A DNA stretch of 64,000 nt from Candidatus Omnitrophota bacterium (GTDB taxonomy: Bacteria; Omnitrophota; Gorgyraeia; Gygaellales; Profunditerraquicolaceae). Location: NCBI GenBank assembly GCA_028712375.1, contig JAQTQG010000005.1:7393-71392 (forward strand), written 5' to 3'. Shown one piece after another: positions 62,159-64,000 of the stretch. How positions within the stretch are numbered: position 1 is the first letter of the stretch; the number at the start of each line of letters is the position of its first letter. The notes beneath the pieces were generated by a model. The model did no database searches. It was not told where the DNA came from and saw only the letters and a program-made list of their open reading frames with translations. The position numbers and the translations under genes are program-made.

Positions 62159-63931
62159 ATGGCTGGCAGGATTCCCGAAAACGTTTTAGAAGATATTTTA
62201 GGCCGGACAGATATAGTGGAAATTATTTCAAGCTATATTCCGCTTAAGAAGGCCGGGTCTAATTTTAAAGCGAATTGTCCGTTCCACCATGAAAAAACCG
62301 CTTCTTTTATGGTTTCTCCGGAGCGCCAGATTTATCATTGTTTCGGTTGTGGTGAATCCGGGAATGCTTTTAAGTTTCTTATGCGCCATGAACGGATGGA
62401 ATTTCCCGAGGCAGTTGAAACTCTGGCTAAAAAGGCCGGGGTGATTCTACCGGATCAGGACAACCCTGTGTTGGCCAAGGCGGCAAGTTTAAGCACCCAG
62501 TTATATAAAATTAATGAGCTGGCCGCAGGTTTTTATAAAAATAACCTGCATGCTGCTAGTGCGGCGGCCGCAGTTAAATATCTTTCTGACAGGGGGATTA
62601 AGCCTGCAATAATAAAAGAGTTTCATTTGGGGCTGGCCACTTCCGGCTGGGATGGATTAATTAATTTTTTAAGATCAAAAAATATCAGCTTGGCGCTTAT
62701 GGAGCAGGCAGGTTTGATTCTGCCTAAGGATTCCGGCGGTTATTATGATCGTTTTCGTAACCGGATTATTTTCCCTATTTTAGATATGCGCAGCCGTGTG
62801 ATCGGGTTTGGCGCCAGAGTTCTGGACAGTAGTTTGCCGAAGTATATTAATTCTCCGGAAACACCGATCTATACAAAAGGCAGAAATCTTTTTGGGTTTA
62901 ATTTATCTAAAGATTTTATCAGGGATGCTGATTGTGCGGTAATCGTGGAAGGGTATCTGGATTTTATGATTCCTTATCAGGAAGGGATAAAAAATCTTGT
63001 TGCTTCACAAGGAACAGCGCTTACTCTTGAACAGATTAAACTGCTTAAACGTTATACTTATAATATAGTAATGGTTTATGATGGGGATACCGCAGGAGAG
63101 ATTGCTACCCTAAGAAGCCTGGATATCCTTATTGATGAAGGTATAAACGTAAAGGTGGTCCCTTTGCCCAAAGGTATGGACCCGGACACCTTGGTGCGTA
63201 ACCATGGTGTTGATAAGTTAAAAGTTAAGATTGAAAATGCGGTAAGCTTTTTTGACTATAAACTTAATGTTTTAAAAATCCGCCATGATATAAAAGATGC
63301 GCATGGTAAAGCTAAGATTGCTTCTGAAATGCTCTTAACGATCAATAAATTCGATAACGCTATTCTCAGGGGAGAGTATACTAAGAAGTTGTCTGAAGAA
63401 ATGGCTGTTCCACAGCAGCATATTCTTGAAGAATTGCATAAGCTAAAACCGAAATCTGCCGTTGCTGTGCCTGTGCCGCAGCCGGCTGTTTTAGCCGTAA
63501 GGCAGCCCGAAATCAATCCGGCGGAAAAGCTGTTAATTAAGTTTATGCTTGAGGAAGCGGAGTTGATTGAAAAAGTTATGCAGCAGTTGTCGCCTGCTGA
63601 TTTTTCTGATCCGCGTACTGCCAGGATTGTTTCTGTAATGCAGGATCTGGTGCTTCAGGGAAAAAATATCGAACCTAGCGTCCTGATGAATTATTTTAGT
63701 GAAGATGATGCCAGTCAACTGGTTTGCGAAACTATGTTTATGCCACCGCTGGCGGACCAGGAAAGAGAAAAGGCGATTAATGATTGTATTACGCGGATCA
63801 AGGTTCAGCGGTTAAAGAGCCGCCGTGAACATTTGCACATTCAAATTAAAAGTGCCCAATCCACCGGTGACGAAGATAAATTAAACAGTCTTATTCAAGA
63901 ATTTCATAATCTCATAAAGAAAGGCGACTAG
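62159..63931 (+). CDS. dnaG: DNA primase
   Basis: Zinc-ribbon CPFHHEKTASFMVSPERQIYHCFGCGESGN, TOPRIM (VIVEGYLD ... YDGDTAG), C-terminal DnaB-interaction region. Confidence 0.9.
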   Translation: MAGRIPENVLEDILGRTDIVEIISSYIPLKKAGSNFKANCPFHHEKTASFMVSPERQIYHCFGCGESGNAFKFLMRHERMEFPEAVETLAKKAGVILPDQDNPVLAKAASLSTQLYKINELAAGFYKNNLHAASAAAAVKYLSDRGIKPAIIKEFHLGLATSGWDGLINFLRSKNISLALMEQAGLILPKDSGGYYDRFRNRIIFPILDMRSRVIGFGARVLDSSLPKYINSPETPIYTKGRNLFGFNLSKDFIRDADCAVIVEGYLDFMIPYQEGIKNLVASQGTALTLEQIKLLKRYTYNIVMVYDGDTAGEIATLRSLDILIDEGINVKVVPLPKGMDPDTLVRNHGVDKLKVKIENAVSFFDYKLNVLKIRHDIKDAHGKAKIASEMLLTINKFDNAILRGEYTKKLSEEMAVPQQHILEELHKLKPKSAVAVPVPQPAVLAVRQPEINPAEKLLIKFMLEEAELIEKVMQQLSPADFSDPRTARIVSVMQDLVLQGKNIEPSVLMNYFSEDDASQLVCETMFMPPLADQEREKAINDCITRIKVQRLKSRREHLHIQIKSAQSTGDEDKLNSLIQEFHNLIKKGD

Positions 63932-63935
63932 CTCA

Positions 63936-64000
63936 TGAAAAAGAATCAGCAGCAACCCACTAAAGATATGGAGAAGTTGATTGCCCTGGGTAAGCAAAAA
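63936..64000 (+). CDS. 5' end of the next gene (likely RNA polymerase sigma factor RpoD, given the dnaG-rpoD synteny); partial
   Basis: MKKNQQQPTKDMEKLIALGKQK opens 4 nt after dnaG; the product is inferred from synteny only. Confidence 0.35.

Overview
This is a low-GC (about 40%) bacterial chromosomal segment. Every credible coding region lies on the + strand; all minus-strand ORFs in the track sit inside + strand genes. About 65 genes are packed tightly, with many stop/start overlaps of the ATGA or TAATG type and several GTG/TTG starts. All calls rest on my reading of the translated ORFs for family hallmarks, because I cannot run searches.

The housekeeping content is as follows.
- H+-pyrophosphatase.
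- An Rrf2-regulated direct-sulfhydrylation cysteine/methionine operon (metY-cysK-metX-metW).
- A heavy-metal RND efflux operon fused to a YHS metal-binding gene and feoAB.
- trxA, then a split pta (separate DRTGG/AAA gene plus the catalytic gene) and ackA.
- panD, def, trxB, GTP-PEPCK, purC.
- miaB, a SPOR-domain gene, miaA, hflX.
- A CIRCE-controlled hrcA-grpE-dnaK-dnaJ operon preceded by a MerR/HspR-like gene.
- accD, two tandem GGDEF proteins, ROK glucokinase, transaldolase, lptD.
- A UDP-sugar cluster (ugd, UDP-GlcNAc dehydrogenase, epimerase, UDP-glucuronate decarboxylase).
- cvpA, a Nif3-like gene, dnaG and the start of rpoD.

The best candidate for an undescribed system is a three-gene module at 4090..7633. 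It encodes an ECF sigma factor, a soluble zinc-finger (HxxxCxxC) anti-sigma factor, and a 731-aa protein with an N-terminal CHAT caspase-like protease domain (His/Cys dyad motifs), one transmembrane helix and a C-terminal TPR array. This layout suggests a protease-gated sigma switch.

A second item worth attention is a pair of roughly 120-bp direct repeats (about 90% identical), each containing mutually exclusive hairpins. They flank a methyltransferase plus lipoprotein alpha/beta-hydrolase cassette next to a B12-binding radical SAM gene.

No CRISPR array, tRNA, rRNA, transposase or integrase was recognised.
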